Source: a virus. Taken from it: DNA of 64,000 nucleotides. Shown piece after piece: positions 19,824-30,188 of this stretch. The translations under genes were made by a program, and so were the position numbers. Location: the IMG/VR virus record IMGVR_UViG_3300046821_000134, positions 16,153 to 80,152 of that record; one strand, written 5' to 3'. The number at the start of each line of letters is the position of its first letter. Positions within the stretch are counted from its first letter, which is position 1. Under the pieces are notes generated by a model. That model had not been told where the DNA came from. It saw only the letters and a program-made list of their open reading frames with translations, and ran no database searches.

Positions 19824-20536
19824 TCTTTATTCCTCAAAACATATACAGTGTTGTCTTTCCACATGCCCGCATAGATGTCGATGCTTGACAGCCTGTTGTA
19901 GCAGTGATGCAGGATACGGCTATTGCCAATGAATATAGCAAGATGGTTAAGGCGTGTGCTTCCGCTTTGCATCACAAGGATGTCCCCGGGCTGCATATCC
20001 TTCTTAGGCACACAGAAGAAGCCAGACTTCTCCCATGTGTTGCTTGTAATCAAGTCAGCCTCTTTCCACCACTTGTCCCATCTGTATTCATCTTGTATCT
20101 CAAATCCGTAGGCAAGGTGATAATAATCTTTGACAAGGCCAAAGCAATCGTTTGTGCCTGCTACGTATGCCCTGCCAAGCAGCCTTGGAATCTCATGTGA
20201 CGGGGCGATACACTTAAAGGATTGAGACGACAAATGATACAAAATGTATGGCGTATCTGTTTGGTTACATGCTCGCACATCAGCAGGGGTGAAGCTCATC
20301 TCGTGATTCACATGGGAATGAAATACGGCAATGATTGTCCCTTGCGCTTCTGCTTTCTCTACGTCTTCTTGGCTAATCTCAAAATCAAAAGCCTTGCCTG
20401 CAACATTCTTGCACGGGATGTACTTTGTTTTAGTCTTGAGCTTAACAACAAGCCCACACACTTCCCTGTGCGGTGAGTCATGAGCTTGTTTGATGAACTC
20501 TTCTTTGTGCTTATCAACGATTGTTTGGATGTTCAT
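19790..20536 (-). CDS. tail assembly protein K-like (JAB + NlpC/P60)
   Basis: E.CG...HSH......D JAB motif; DCFGLV.DYY...H....ILHH NlpC/P60. Confidence 0.92.
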   Translation of the reverse strand: MNIQTIVDKHKEEFIKQAHDSPHREVCGLVVKLKTKTKYIPCKNVAGKAFDFEISQEDVEKAEAQGTIIAVFHSHVNHEMSFTPADVRACNQTDTPYILYHLSSQSFKCIAPSHEIPRLLGRAYVAGTNDCFGLVKDYYHLAYGFEIQDEYRWDKWWKEADLITSNTWEKSGFFCVPKKDMQPGDILVMQSGSTRLNHLAIFIGNSRILHHCYNRLSSIDIYAGMWKDNTVYVLRNKECLQPSNLEVF

Positions 20537-20544
20537 ATCAGAGC

Positions 20545-21249
20545 CTATCGAATGATGCCGACAGCAGGGAATACGCCAATGGGGAGCACGCCTTGTTGTC
20601 CGTAACGAAGCTGGCAGCCTACTAATGTTTTACTGCACCGATCTGTTGCAAGAGATCCTGTTGGATCATTGTTGATGTCCGCCACAGGCCCTCCTGTGTA
20701 TCCACATCCATCCCCCCTGTACTCCCACACACAATGTGAAGCAGAACAAGGGAGAGCAGGAAGCGTTACGCCTGTTAAATCCCAAGGGACACACAGCTCA
20801 AACTCTACAACAGCTTTGCTCTCAAGGCTCTTACGATCAATAAACCACACCTCATCAGAGAATGTGGCTTCATCGTCAGCATCTGGGTTGATGCCCCCAT
20901 AATTATCTGGATCAAGGAACTTTGCAAATGTACGCTGTCGTGTAATCTTAGCCCCTACAAGATCATCCATATCTTGTAGCATTGCTGAGATGAGTCCTGT
21001 AACATTGGACACTCTAAGCGTAGGCCGGGGAGTTTGTTTGTTCCCGCTCATCTCGAAGCCTGTAGCTTCAATTGGCATAGGGAGGTATTCAATCCCCTTC
21101 CACCACACAGATTGCTGGCCTGTGATGTACATATTATGGAAATAGAATAACTGAGAGACACCGATAACAGTGAGGTCAAGAACGTATAAATCAACCACAC
21201 CGGATGTTGTCAGCTTCTGAGACTCCTGTGCGATTTTAGGATTCATCAT
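20545..21249 (-). CDS. minor tail protein L-like
   Basis: PIEATGFE, DLVGA..TR.RT.AKFLD, C.W.YRG..CGY...D.CSK...GC. Confidence 0.92.
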   Translation of the reverse strand: MMNPKIAQESQKLTTSGVVDLYVLDLTVIGVSQLFYFHNMYITGQQSVWWKGIEYLPMPIEATGFEMSGNKQTPRPTLRVSNVTGLISAMLQDMDDLVGAKITRQRTFAKFLDPDNYGGINPDADDEATFSDEVWFIDRKSLESKAVVEFELCVPWDLTGVTLPALPCSASHCVWEYRGDGCGYTGGPVADINNDPTGSLATDRCSKTLVGCQLRYGQQGVLPIGVFPAVGIIR

Positions 21250-21587
21250 TCAAACACCTCCTCAAATGTTACAGATAATTCTTCGTACCCCGGGTTAGCA
21301 ATTGTTCTCGTCATCTGCCCATCTTTAACAATGAACAACCCTGTGGCGCCAACAGGAGGAGTCCATGTGAATGTGGCATAGCTTCCTGTTGCCTTAAGAA
21401 ATGTGACAAGCTCTGTCATTTCTGCCGGGGAGTATTTGAATGTCAAGGGCCATACACGCTGCGTAGAATTGATTCCGTTAGCAGAGCGTTGCTCATAGCC
21501 ATCCCCGAATTTTGTACGGAGAACATTCTGAATTGTTTGTTCTTGTGCTCCGTATTCTGGTTTAAACTTAGTTGGTAGAGTAGCCAT
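21246..21587 (-). CDS. minor tail protein M-like (distal tail)
   Basis: KFGDGYEQR...GIN, F.WTPP, FEEVF. Confidence 0.92.
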   Translation of the reverse strand: MATLPTKFKPEYGAQEQTIQNVLRTKFGDGYEQRSANGINSTQRVWPLTFKYSPAEMTELVTFLKATGSYATFTWTPPVGATGLFIVKDGQMTRTIANPGYEELSVTFEEVFE

Positions 21588-21608
21588 AAAACACCTTTCT
21601 TTACTAAC

Positions 21609-21637
21609 ATTATATCATACAAAGAGGGGAAAGTCAA
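21609..21637 (-). promoter_or_regulatory. sigma70-type promoter for tail tip genes
   Basis: TTGACT-N17-TATAAT on the minus strand. Confidence 0.75.
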
Positions 21638-21666
21638 TGTATCCCATGACAATCCCCTCCCTTTAT

Positions 21667-24600
21667 TTATGCAGCTTTGGCAAGCATCCCGCCCGGGCGT
21701 TTCTCTTCAGCAATCTTCCTGACAATCATGGTGTTAATCATGTTGGCAAATTGCTTACCCTCAGTCCCATCAGAAGACGTTGAGGTTGTTGCAGAGTCTC
21801 CTACGATGTTAATAGTCGTATTCACTTGCACACCTCCACTGCTTTGCCCTGACACATTCACTCCTAAGTCACCTTGACGTGTTCTTGTCAAAGGCATTAC
21901 AGCCTCTCCGGCACGATTAGAACGTTCTTCTCCCATCACACCGAGAGAAGAGAACCCGCCTCCAGAGGCAAACTGGAATGCTGTGGGCTTGCTGTAGATG
22001 CCGTTTGTGAAGGAACCTCCTTGGGCGAACTGAGATGCACCAGAGAAGGCGTTTCCTTGCGCAGATTGCACAGGGCCTACAAAGTCAGCACTCCCGGGAG
22101 TCCCAACGCTGCTCCCCATCCCCACCATAGCCTGTACAGCCTTGAGCAACAGCAGCTTAGTGGTCATCTGCACAATTATCTTGAGCATTGACTTCCCAAA
22201 CTCCTGCGCATCCATCTTCCCTGTCATGAAGAAATCAGACAGAGTGTTCTCCATCAAGGAGAAGCCAGAGGAGAAGGCGCCTGCGGACACATCTTGAGCT
22301 TTGCCTATTGACGTATAGAAGCTCTCCCATCCCTTTTGGATATCAGGCTTGATGGGGGCATTCTGTACAATCTTTGTCTGCTCAACACCAAACTGCTTAA
22401 GCATCTCGATTCTCTTTTCATACAGAGCAATCTCTTTTTCATGATTAACGGTGCTATCCCCTCTGAGCACAGCAATCTTACCCTCTGCCTCTGCTACTTT
22501 TTCGGCAACCTCTGCACTCAGCTTCATAAGATCGTTGTGCCGCTTCTTGGCTTCAGAGTCCATGTTGGTTGCATCAGCGTCTTGGTGATACTCCCTCCTT
22601 AGAAGGGCCGATGCAGAGGTTTGTTGTGCAGCAAGCTCTATATTGTCATTAGCAACTTTCTGACTATTAGCTTCTGCAGCCGCCAGCTTCTCTGAAGCAT
22701 TCTTACGCTCAAGGGCAGCAATGGCCCATTCAGCGGCCATCTTCGTTCCGTAGTCTGTTGCCTTGTTGGATGCTTCCTGAGCTTCAGCCAGCTTCTTCTG
22801 CGTCTCTGTCATCCGGGAAGATTCAAGCCCGTTGGCAGCTATGACCTGAGTATTCCTGTCTATAGCATCGGCAGCTACATTGGCAGCATCTCCAATGTCA
22901 AGCCATCCTTGAGCTTCTTTAGTAGAGTCTTGAAGCCCCTTGCGCTTTGGTTCCTCAGCAACAATCAATTTAAGCCATTTAAGCTCTTCTTGAAGAACTG
23001 CAATGTTTGTGTCTTTCTTAGGATTAGCAAGCGCTTTCTCTACGGCAAGAAGACGCTTACCCTTCTCTGTCATCTTGTCGTACTCAGCCCCCTTTGTTGT
23101 ATATCCTTCGATGTCTAGCAGGATGGCTTCATACTCAGCTTCAAGAGTGTTCTGACGTGTCACACCACCAGAGAGCTTTTTAGGCTCATTCTGCTCGTTG
23201 AGCTTCTTGATGCGGTCTTCAATACTCTTAATCGTCTCAAGAGTGGCTTTAGTCTGAGGTTGTGTCTTCAGGAAAGACATATCAGCAGAGAGCTTGTTTA
23301 TTTCTGTCTGACGCTTCTTAATCTCGTCATAGCCCTCGGCCTGCTTTGTAATAGCCTTGACTTTCTCTTCCTGAATTTTATTAGAGGCAGAGGCTTTTTC
23401 AGCACTACGTTGAGCTTCCGATAACGTGATGATCTTAAGCGCAGATGCTATTTCTGCATCATAGCTTTTTAGGCGCTCTTGAGTACGCCGCTTTGTTTCT
23501 TCGTTAGCGGAAATGAGCTTCTTTTCTTCCGTTTGCCTATTTACAAGAAGGGTGTTATATTTTTCTGTAGCGGCAGAAAGAGCGTCTTGGTGATCAGTCC
23601 CTCCGCTAAGGCTATCCTTAACACTCTGCCAGAAGTTACCGAAAGAGGCCTTGGTATCAGCCCAACCGCGTGACATTAGACCCTGCCCTGCGACGATTCT
23701 GTTGGTCATAGAATCATGGGCATCAGCAAGCAGGGTCTCTGCCATTGCTGTAGCTTCGTACTCTTTCCCTTGCTTCTTAAGTTCTGCAAGGTTTTCTCTT
23801 TGAGTCGTTGTAAGAAATCTGTATTTGGTATCAAGCCTATCAAGAGCCTCAACGGGAGATTCTGCCAAAGAGGCATACTCCTCTACAACCTTGTCTATGT
23901 CTTGGCCTGTAGCTGCAGCAAACTTAGCAGAAGATGTAGCAATACGCTCTACGTTTTGTCCTGCAATCTTTGCAGAAGACGCAATTGCAAGCATAGCCTC
24001 CGAGGCAAGATCAGACCTGCCAGAAGCCTCTCCAGCAGCCTTAGACATTGCGTTGAAAGAGTCAGTTGATAACCCAACGTAATTATTAGTTAAGATCAGG
24101 GCTTTCTGGATTTCCTCTTGAGCTGTTGCAGCCTTGTAGAAAGCAAAGGCTGTTGCGCCAACTGCTATAGCCAGCAACGTCCAAGGATTCAGCAAAGCAC
24201 TGAGCAACGTAGAGCCAAGAGCCTTAGCTGCCCCTCCTACAGACCCAAACACATCCCGCAACTGTCCGCCCTGCTGGAGCATAATCAGGAACGGATTCTG
24301 TCCGCCAGCAAGCTGTGTTGCAATGTCAGTGAGCTGTGCAGGCACTGTGTTCATGGCAGCACGATATGCCTTGGTGGACATTGTGCCTTGCTGTAGTGTT
24401 TTATCAACTCCTCGAAGGCTGGCTAAAAGAGGTGCGGCTTGGGCAGTTACTCCCTCTCTTGCTGCTTTATATTCAAGCCACCCTATCTTTCCGCTCTCAG
24501 CGTAGATTACTTCACGTTTCAGCTCTTTTAGGACGTTCTGTTGTGAGCGGGTAAGGGCGTCTGAATCACTCCCACTGCCCCCACTCTTTCCGCCTCCACT

Positions 24601-25035
24601 GCTAGCAGACACTGTAGCATTTCCTGCAGAGCGCCCTACAGAAGACAATACCCCGGCAGAGCCCTTCATCTCATTCAGGAGGTCACGCGTTACTGCTAGC
24701 TGTGCATTGAATGCTGCCATCCCTGCCACAGAGCTATTCAGTTTATCTACGGCTGTAGCAAGGGCTGAGAATGATGTAGAAACGCCCTTATAGGATTGCC
24801 CTAAATTAGAGATTCCCTTAGTATTCGTCTTGATGTCACGAATAGCCCCTGACAGGCTCTTTACGCCAGATGTGGCTGCATCAAGGGTGATAGCTGCGAA
24901 GTCTTCCAAGGCTTGCTTGGCAGCGTTAATAGCTGGAGCCCCTTCTTGGGCTGTCTTGGAGAATTTCCCGAGGGCATTAGCAGCAGGAATTATCCCTTTT
25001 GCTTTCACCTCAACTGAGATAGATTTGATATCCAT
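21667..25035 (-). CDS. tail tape measure protein (lambda H-like)
   Basis: 1122 aa, Ala-rich helical; QLTDIATQLAGGQNP...LQQGGQ; C-terminal FAQGG/GEAVMPL. Confidence 0.95.
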   Translation of the reverse strand: MDIKSISVEVKAKGIIPAANALGKFSKTAQEGAPAINAAKQALEDFAAITLDAATSGVKSLSGAIRDIKTNTKGISNLGQSYKGVSTSFSALATAVDKLNSSVAGMAAFNAQLAVTRDLLNEMKGSAGVLSSVGRSAGNATVSASSGGGKSGGSGSDSDALTRSQQNVLKELKREVIYAESGKIGWLEYKAAREGVTAQAAPLLASLRGVDKTLQQGTMSTKAYRAAMNTVPAQLTDIATQLAGGQNPFLIMLQQGGQLRDVFGSVGGAAKALGSTLLSALLNPWTLLAIAVGATAFAFYKAATAQEEIQKALILTNNYVGLSTDSFNAMSKAAGEASGRSDLASEAMLAIASSAKIAGQNVERIATSSAKFAAATGQDIDKVVEEYASLAESPVEALDRLDTKYRFLTTTQRENLAELKKQGKEYEATAMAETLLADAHDSMTNRIVAGQGLMSRGWADTKASFGNFWQSVKDSLSGGTDHQDALSAATEKYNTLLVNRQTEEKKLISANEETKRRTQERLKSYDAEIASALKIITLSEAQRSAEKASASNKIQEEKVKAITKQAEGYDEIKKRQTEINKLSADMSFLKTQPQTKATLETIKSIEDRIKKLNEQNEPKKLSGGVTRQNTLEAEYEAILLDIEGYTTKGAEYDKMTEKGKRLLAVEKALANPKKDTNIAVLQEELKWLKLIVAEEPKRKGLQDSTKEAQGWLDIGDAANVAADAIDRNTQVIAANGLESSRMTETQKKLAEAQEASNKATDYGTKMAAEWAIAALERKNASEKLAAAEANSQKVANDNIELAAQQTSASALLRREYHQDADATNMDSEAKKRHNDLMKLSAEVAEKVAEAEGKIAVLRGDSTVNHEKEIALYEKRIEMLKQFGVEQTKIVQNAPIKPDIQKGWESFYTSIGKAQDVSAGAFSSGFSLMENTLSDFFMTGKMDAQEFGKSMLKIIVQMTTKLLLLKAVQAMVGMGSSVGTPGSADFVGPVQSAQGNAFSGASQFAQGGSFTNGIYSKPTAFQFASGGGFSSLGVMGEERSNRAGEAVMPLTRTRQGDLGVNVSGQSSGGVQVNTTINIVGDSATTSTSSDGTEGKQFANMINTMIVRKIAEEKRPGGMLAKAA

Positions 25036-25047
25036 GCTTCCCTCACA

Positions 25048-25078
25048 TAAAAATAAAAGCTACGCCCGAAGGCGTAGC
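25048..25078 (-). terminator. intrinsic terminator immediately upstream of TMP
   Basis: minus strand GCTACGCC-TTCG-GGCGTAGC-TTTTATTTTT. Confidence 0.85.
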
Positions 25079-25081
25079 ATG

Positions 25082-25490
25082 TCAGCGTCTTGCTGATTTA
25101 GGAGCCTTACTTCCTGTATTAACAGGGTGAAGTTTTCTCCAAGCATCAAGATAAATTTCATCACAACTTGTGAAAACTTGTAGTTCCACTGTGTTCAAAT
25201 GTTTTCCAAGACAAGCACAATATCCACTCATGTCTTGCCACGTCAAAGGAAGCGGGCTTCCTGACATTGAATCAAACCCCCTGCGCCTGCTTAATTCCAG
25301 AAACTCATTCCAATAGTATTTCAGGCTAATAGGAACGGATGCCTTTCTATATGCAATCAACTCTGGAACGATCTTCTCTTGCTTCTCAAGGGCAAGCATG
25401 TGTGTGTATTCATTAACACCACTCTTGCCCTTTGGAAGCATCATTGTGAAGAAAGAATCTGCATAACTCAGGAGGCTTGACAGTTTTTTT
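25082..25490 (-). CDS. tail assembly chaperone frameshift extension (gpT/GT-like)
   Basis: -1 frame is open from the slippery site through KLSSLLSYADSFFT into track ORF 25082-25444; F.ELS..R......PLTW.D pattern. Confidence 0.85.
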
Positions 25491-25893
25491 CCAGCATCGT
25501 ATCAACGTCCATCACTGCTGCAGCCACTTGCCCTGCCAGCCATTCATGCTTGATGAACAAATCATATGCTTTGTCTTGGGAGAACTTAACGTCCTTGCCA
25601 CCAACCTTGACGCCTTCCCATCCTTCACAGCACATGGAAAGCATCTTGGCAGTATTCTTACGCTTCTCTTCTTCGTCGGGGGTGGTGTCTTCCTTCTTAC
25701 ATTTCTCAAGGTATGCGTTGAACACAGCAATACCCTTCTTGAATGCTTCAGAGCCAACCCCCTTCACCTTAATCTTCATATCTGAGGGGTCACCAGCTTT
25801 AGTGCCTTTAGCCTTATTGTCAGCCGGGTAAACAATAACAATGTCCATCCCGTCTTCTACGGCCTTCTGAAAATCAAATTCGTCCAATTCCAT
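25468..25893 (-). CDS. tail assembly chaperone (gpG-like)
   Basis: lies between tail tube and TMP; start MELDEF after AAGGA; GWEG pattern. Confidence 0.85.
   Translation of the reverse strand: MELDEFDFQKAVEDGMDIVIVYPADNKAKGTKAGDPSDMKIKVKGVGSEAFKKGIAVFNAYLEKCKKEDTTPDEEEKRKNTAKMLSMCCEGWEGVKVGGKDVKFSQDKAYDLFIKHEWLAGQVAAAVMDVDTMLEKNCQAS
25483..25490 (-). other. programmed -1 frameshift slippery site
   Basis: minus strand G GAA AAA AAC (A AAA AAC heptamer) four sense codons before the gpG stop. Confidence 0.85.
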
Positions 25894-25911
25894 CTTATTA
25901 TCCTTTATGTT

Positions 25912-25953
25912 AAAAAGCAGGCGTGTGAAGCCTTTGCGCAAACCTCACACGCC
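25912..25953 (-). terminator. terminator-like hairpin after the tail tube gene
   Basis: GGCGTGTGA...TCACACGCC followed by TGCTTTTT on the minus strand. Confidence 0.65.
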
Positions 25954-25978
25954 CTTAGAAGGAGAAAGCTATTTACAA

Positions 25979-27193
25979 TTAAGCAATCTCTTGGATGATG
26001 ATAGAAGAATCATCATATGCAGTACCCGTAGCACCTTCGCGGTACAGAGCGTTAAAGCTGATTTCTTGAGTAAGACCGCCAGTGCTACCATCGTTAGGTG
26101 TTGCAGAACCGAGCTTCACACGACCCATCTTAAACACGATGTCCTTGCCGCCATCGCCCTTCATCCAGAATGCCAGAGTGATTTCATCTTCATCACGGAA
26201 CTTCTCGAAGAGGGCGTCATTCTCGAAGTAGGCGGTAACAGTGCCAGACACTTCAATACGACCTTGGAAGATAGCTGCCGAAGGACGCGTGCCATCAGGC
26301 TGCAAGTTACCAACAACAGATGATGCTTCCAGATTACCTTGTACTTCAAAGTCAAGACCTGTAACCAGAACAGCCGGGGCACCGTCCATCATCAGGAATG
26401 CCTTATTGCCAGCCATAACGCTTGAAGCATACGCAGCTTGCGGAGCTGTGAAGTAGCGTACTGCGGCTGTCTTCATGTCCTTAGCTTGCACGTCAAAATC
26501 TACAGTGCCCATTGCATCAGGCTGCAGAGAGAACGATGCAGAGCCAAACTTACAGCCAGTAGCCAGTCGGCTAACACCAATGTCAGCGTAGAACTGCTCA
26601 ACCGTGTAGCTATCATCTGTGCGGTTAGCCACTTCAGCAGGAACACCGAGCTTCTTACCAGCAACAGTGATAACAACGGAATCGCCAGCAGCCTTGGTAA
26701 CGAGCGTCACGCCACTCAGCACCATCTTGCCAGCCGTGAGAGACATAATCATTGCACGACCATTGTTAGCCGTTGCAGGGGCTGTGAATCCAGTGATATC
26801 TACGACATCACCAATCTTGTAGCCACCTGTAATGAACCCGTTGCCAGAGTCGTTCAGGGAGTTATCTACAGCGCTCGAAGCCACGGTAATCTTAGTGCTT
26901 GTAGCACCAGTGACAAACACGCCACGAAGCAAACATTCGTACATTGGAGTGTGACTGCCTGTGGCGATTTCATCAGCCAGCGTACCAGAAACAACGTCCG
27001 TACCACTACGAGATTCACCAACCTGAGCATGTGAGTTAATACGATCAGACGAGAACGATTCACGAGAAAGAGCAAGGTCAAGATTAACCCGAGGGATGTA
27101 ACGAGCTGAAGTGGAGCCTGCTGCTGGAGCTGTCCCCCACACCGTTTCCTTATGTATAACAACTACTTTGTTAATTCCTGATGCGAAGGCCAT
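25979..27193 (-). CDS. major tail tube protein
   Basis: 404 aa; KE..WGT.P start, SYTVEQ, VSG.VTAYFE...LFEKF..E; position in the tail operon. Confidence 0.88.
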   Translation of the reverse strand: MAFASGINKVVVIHKETVWGTAPAAGSTSARYIPRVNLDLALSRESFSSDRINSHAQVGESRSGTDVVSGTLADEIATGSHTPMYECLLRGVFVTGATSTKITVASSAVDNSLNDSGNGFITGGYKIGDVVDITGFTAPATANNGRAMIMSLTAGKMVLSGVTLVTKAAGDSVVITVAGKKLGVPAEVANRTDDSYTVEQFYADIGVSRLATGCKFGSASFSLQPDAMGTVDFDVQAKDMKTAAVRYFTAPQAAYASSVMAGNKAFLMMDGAPAVLVTGLDFEVQGNLEASSVVGNLQPDGTRPSAAIFQGRIEVSGTVTAYFENDALFEKFRDEDEITLAFWMKGDGGKDIVFKMGRVKLGSATPNDGSTGGLTQEISFNALYREGATGTAYDDSSIIIQEIA

Positions 27194-27207
27194 TTAAGTT
27201 CCTTTAT

Positions 27208-27615
27208 TCAATATGTTTCACAACGATATGTCGTTTCAACGACAACATACACAAACTTTCCATCTTGATAGACGGGAGACTGACTTGGCGTATTTTCTAT
27301 ATTGATGAACACACCACTTTCTTCAATCGTCAGGCCGCGAGGAAACAGCTCTACAAGCTGTGCAGCCAACGTTTCAACTGCAAATGGCCCATCTATTTCT
27401 GTAGGGACGTATGCCTGTAACCTTAGCAATCCCCTGTAGCGCCTATGCTCAACACCCAGCGAGGGGTTTCCTGTAGGGCTTGGGAAGACAACCACTCTGA
27501 TGTGCTTGTCTTCAAAGTCTCCCCCAACGTTCTCCCAAGCTACAGGAATACTGTTAGTGGTGGCCCAAGCCATCACCCTTTCTTCTAACGCGTTTCTAAT
27601 TTTGATTTGTGACAT
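27208..27615 (-). CDS. tail terminator-like protein
   Basis: IR.ALE......A....PVAWEN, LFPRG; position upstream of the tube gene. Confidence 0.8.
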   Translation of the reverse strand: MSQIKIRNALEERVMAWATTNSIPVAWENVGGDFEDKHIRVVVFPSPTGNPSLGVEHRRYRGLLRLQAYVPTEIDGPFAVETLAAQLVELFPRGLTIEESGVFINIENTPSQSPVYQDGKFVYVVVETTYRCETY

Positions 27616-27623
27616 AGCCCTCC

Positions 27624-28031
27624 TTACAATTCAGCAGCAAGAGCCTTGGCTATTGGAGCGTAGGCAGGGGTTCTCTGCCACCCCTTGTATTCAATATCTG
27701 CGATGTATGATGTACTGTTCGTCATCGTCACAGCTTGATTAACCAAGAAGTAGTCATCGGGGATTTGAGCATCAATACGTTTAAACGTTTGTGCTGTGTC
27801 TTCGTTACCAGCAATCTCCCCCACTTGAGGCATAGGGCCAATCCTGAAGTTCTTCAGGAAATGCCCTTGTGAATATCCGCCCATATTGAATGAGGGAGAA
27901 GGCGAGAGAGCTACAATACGCTTGTAAAGGATTCTTGCTTTCTGAGCCACTTCAGCAGATAGATGTTCTTGGCCTTCAGAGCAGAATGCACTAATCTCAT
28001 TAGCCCAATCTTGAATTTCATTCTTAGCCAT
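27624..28031 (-). CDS. neck protein (HK97 gp10-like)
   Basis: SP...G.F..N, NST.Y...IEY.GW. Confidence 0.7.
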   Translation of the reverse strand: MAKNEIQDWANEISAFCSEGQEHLSAEVAQKARILYKRIVALSPSPSFNMGGYSQGHFLKNFRIGPMPQVGEIAGNEDTAQTFKRIDAQIPDDYFLVNQAVTMTNSTSYIADIEYKGWQRTPAYAPIAKALAAEL

Positions 28032-28032
28032 A

Positions 28033-28416
28033 TTATTTCCTCATCAATAGGAAATAACAGATTGGGGCTTCTCCTGAGGGGTTATTGTCACGCTTACCAA
28101 TGATCTTCCAGCGAGCACCAGAGGCGTCTTCTACGAAGTCCTTGTCAGGCGTAGGATGTCTTGGGAATAAGCTGGAAGGCTCAAGGTAGAGAATCTTATC
28201 TCCACGTAGGATGAGGGTGCCATCGAATGTAGCTTCAGACCATTTCTCTTGGTGATCCATCCAAGCCCCACGGCCTGCAATCTTCGTCTCTGTGTTCGTA
28301 GTGGATACTCCGGGAACGTAGGTTCCCTTAGTGACGAACACAACAGAGAGTGGGCCGCCTGCTATGTTCATAATCTGCGCTGTAGCTTGCTTGAGTTGCT
28401 GTGTGAGATAGTTCAT
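28033..28416 (-). CDS. head closure/head-tail joining protein
   Basis: G.Y.P, DGTLI..GD, W.I.....NP.G pattern; position. Confidence 0.75.
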   Translation of the reverse strand: MNYLTQQLKQATAQIMNIAGGPLSVVFVTKGTYVPGVSTTNTETKIAGRGAWMDHQEKWSEATFDGTLILRGDKILYLEPSSLFPRHPTPDKDFVEDASGARWKIIGKRDNNPSGEAPICYFLLMRK

Positions 28417-28836
28417 TTAGAAATTCTCCCAAGGAACCCATTTTCCTTCTACATATCCATAAGGGTTTGTAGGAACACGATGCAGAACAGTGTCATCAAG
28501 GATATTAGCTTCGTAGTCATCTTTGTAGACTCCGCATGCGTAAATCCTGACGGCGTTTAGGGCGCTTGTGGGACTGTTGATGGTGTATTGCAAATACCTC
28601 ATGTACTGTTCGAAGACACCAGAAGAAAGGGCCTGTATCCGGTCTAAGCGTACATCGCCACGCATACTGAGCGTAGCTAAAATATAGTGTGCGCATTGAC
28701 GGGTGGCTTTTTCCTCGTTGTTATCAAACTGCTCCAATGTGTCGCTAATCTGTTGGTCGCTCAAAACGGGTAGATCGGAAATATCGCCAATGGTGAGCCT
28801 GATACGCCCTACCGGGTCTGTTAGGTCAATTGCCAT
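28417..28836 (-). CDS. head-tail adaptor protein
   Basis: RIRL.IGD.....LSD..I...L; position after the capsid gene. Confidence 0.75.
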   Translation of the reverse strand: MAIDLTDPVGRIRLTIGDISDLPVLSDQQISDTLEQFDNNEEKATRQCAHYILATLSMRGDVRLDRIQALSSGVFEQYMRYLQYTINSPTSALNAVRIYACGVYKDDYEANILDDTVLHRVPTNPYGYVEGKWVPWENF

Positions 28837-30188
28837 TCAGGATTCTCCTTTAGGATGCTTTCTATAAATTCTTTAACTTGCTCAAAAGGAGCGTCCGTGG
28901 ATTCTCGTTTGAATCCATCTATATCACATCCCAAACGGGACGTTTGTGGAAACTGTTTCTTCACGGCATTCTCTAACGCCAAAGCGGAGGAGCCTATTGG
29001 GAAATCCCATGTGTGTTGTTGTGTAATGACGAAGGCTGATTTTGAGAGACTTCTGATGTGTTGACGCAACCTCTGTTCTGCGTTATTACTAATTCCGTAA
29101 CCAGTGAAGCTACCAAAAGAAGACTCGCAGCACAGTAAATACAAGATTGCTTTATCGCCTGTCTGAAACCCGTATGATGCACAACAAGGACACCCTGCTC
29201 CAGCCATGTGGTGGGTAGGAGTTTGTTTAAAAAAGTTATTACACTTTGTGCAGTATATCTCAACAGGTAGGTTTGCCCGCTCATAGACTACTCGCTCATA
29301 CGAATAAACGCCGCCGTGCACAGCTACGGCCCTTCCCACAAAGGCATCCCGACCAATTATCTTCTTGTTTGCGCAAGACTCGCTGCCACATTTCCAACAG
29401 CCTCTCCCTCGGAGCATCCCCTTGACTGTGCTTAAAAAGTCTCCGTGATGCAGGCAAGTAACTCTTATTTTAGACCTTGCGTTTACGTAGCCACTAAAGT
29501 CATAGGAGTACTTGTCGCCGTGTACTCTAAGTAGTCCCTGCAATGCTTCATCTTTACTCTTAGTAATTGACTCAAAAAATGGCTTTGTGTTACATTTTCT
29601 GCACCCTTGACCATTCAAATGATTATTAGCTATTATTTCAAACACCCTTCCGCACTTCCTGCAGACAACAGGGATGAGGGTTTTTTGGTTAACGTATTTA
29701 GTAACCAATGAGTAGTCGTACTGTTCGCCATGGACGGCTTTTGCCTTTTCAACAAGATCTTCAATAGTGTGTCGTGTTTTTTCAACAGTCTTTTCAATAC
29801 CACACTTTTTACACCCCCGGCCTGACAAGTGAGAATAAGGTATTTGCTCCCAAACACCGTGCTTCTTGCAGATAATCCTTACTTTGTTGCTTGATCCTGT
29901 ATACACAACCTCAGAGTAGTCGTAGGTGGCTCCATGTACTTCTACTGCACTGCGAATAAAATCTTCTCTAGAGAACCTTGTTTTGTGTGAAATTGCTTCT
30001 CTTCCACAAAGCGCACACTTTTGCCCGGCCAAATGTTTTGTAGGGGACATCCAAAACGGGCCGTGGTGTTTGCAAATAATCTTCACCTTCTCAAGTGCCC
30101 CGCCGTATTCAGTCTCCGAGTAATCGTATTTATCTCCGTGAACACTTACTGCTTGTTCTATAAATTGTTCAGTTGTCTTTTTTAACAC
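28821..30188 (-). CDS. free-standing homing endonuclease-like protein with five Cys/His repeats and a GIY-YIG-like C-terminus
   Basis: five VHG..Y.Y....Y.....V.I.C...G.GC..C repeats; C-terminal LYL...GYGISN....RL.QH; GTG start after GAGGAG (track start 30206). Confidence 0.75.
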   Translation of the reverse strand: MLKKTTEQFIEQAVSVHGDKYDYSETEYGGALEKVKIICKHHGPFWMSPTKHLAGQKCALCGREAISHKTRFSREDFIRSAVEVHGATYDYSEVVYTGSSNKVRIICKKHGVWEQIPYSHLSGRGCKKCGIEKTVEKTRHTIEDLVEKAKAVHGEQYDYSLVTKYVNQKTLIPVVCRKCGRVFEIIANNHLNGQGCRKCNTKPFFESITKSKDEALQGLLRVHGDKYSYDFSGYVNARSKIRVTCLHHGDFLSTVKGMLRGRGCWKCGSESCANKKIIGRDAFVGRAVAVHGGVYSYERVVYERANLPVEIYCTKCNNFFKQTPTHHMAGAGCPCCASYGFQTGDKAILYLLCCESSFGSFTGYGISNNAEQRLRQHIRSLSKSAFVITQQHTWDFPIGSSALALENAVKKQFPQTSRLGCDIDGFKRESTDAPFEQVKEFIESILKENPEWQLT

